Source: an uncultured Gammaproteobacteria bacterium (GTDB taxonomy: Bacteria > Patescibacteriota > Patescibacteriia > UBA11705). From it: a stretch of 61,202 nt of DNA. Positions 61,189 to 61,202 of this stretch are shown in pieces. The stretch is taken from the NCBI GenBank assembly GCA_964592195.1, contig CAZQEI010000006.1, forward strand, positions 1 to 61,202. Direction: 5' to 3'. The notes below the pieces were generated by a model that ran no database searches, was not told the origin of the DNA, and saw only the letters and a list, made by a program, of their open reading frames with translations. Each line of letters opens with the position of its first letter. The first letter of the stretch is position 1. The position numbers and the translations under genes are program-made.

Positions 61189-61202
61189 GTTTCAGTGGCT
61201 TT

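Noticed and set aside
1-61202. Alternative genetic code (UGA recoding, as in some CPR lineages)
   Set aside because: TGA terminates well-defined genes at sensible lengths (for example cca at 36636-38 and the 10400-11158 ORF). Conserved proteins are full length in code 11.

Overview
This is a 61.2-kb chromosomal window from an AT-rich, gene-dense bacterium (roughly 35-40 % GC in core genes, by hand counts). Its gene content points to an uncultivated small-genome lineage, Patescibacteria/CPR-like: a minimal housekeeping set, many small lineage-specific ORFs, a bacterial Elp3 and a sigma-region-4/HARE-HTH protein. That assignment is inference only. Recognisable core genes are a wecA-like gene (partial), rplU, recR-ybaB-dnaB, folD-glyA, elp3-like, murC/pgeF-like/murB, hpf, secA, cca, a UvrD-type helicase-nuclease, proS, mreBCD-mrdA, greA and secDF. 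I recognised no rRNA, tRNA, CRISPR array, integrase or transposase. Five things stand out. (1) At 5.1-7.1 kb two consensus promoters drive ORF-free, strongly GC-rich, hairpin-dense units that end in terminators: a ~220-nt sRNA and a ~1.5-kb candidate giant structured RNA. Neither matches any stable-RNA class I can recognise. (2) A minus-strand accessory island at 22.9-27.9 kb holds five small 2-TM proteins around a vWA/beta-grasp-like protein and a divergent adenylosuccinate-synthetase (PurA)-like enzyme. (3) A GC-rich, translationally coupled six-gene operon of unknown function lies at 53.9-56.7 kb, with a consensus promoter and a structured leader. (4) SecD carries a tandem parvulin (PpiC) insertion. 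(5) An SF2 helicase / OB-HD nuclease block sits between hairpin-dense spacers, and several dispersed intergenic repeat families occur throughout. All functional calls rest on motif recognition by eye, since no searches could be run.
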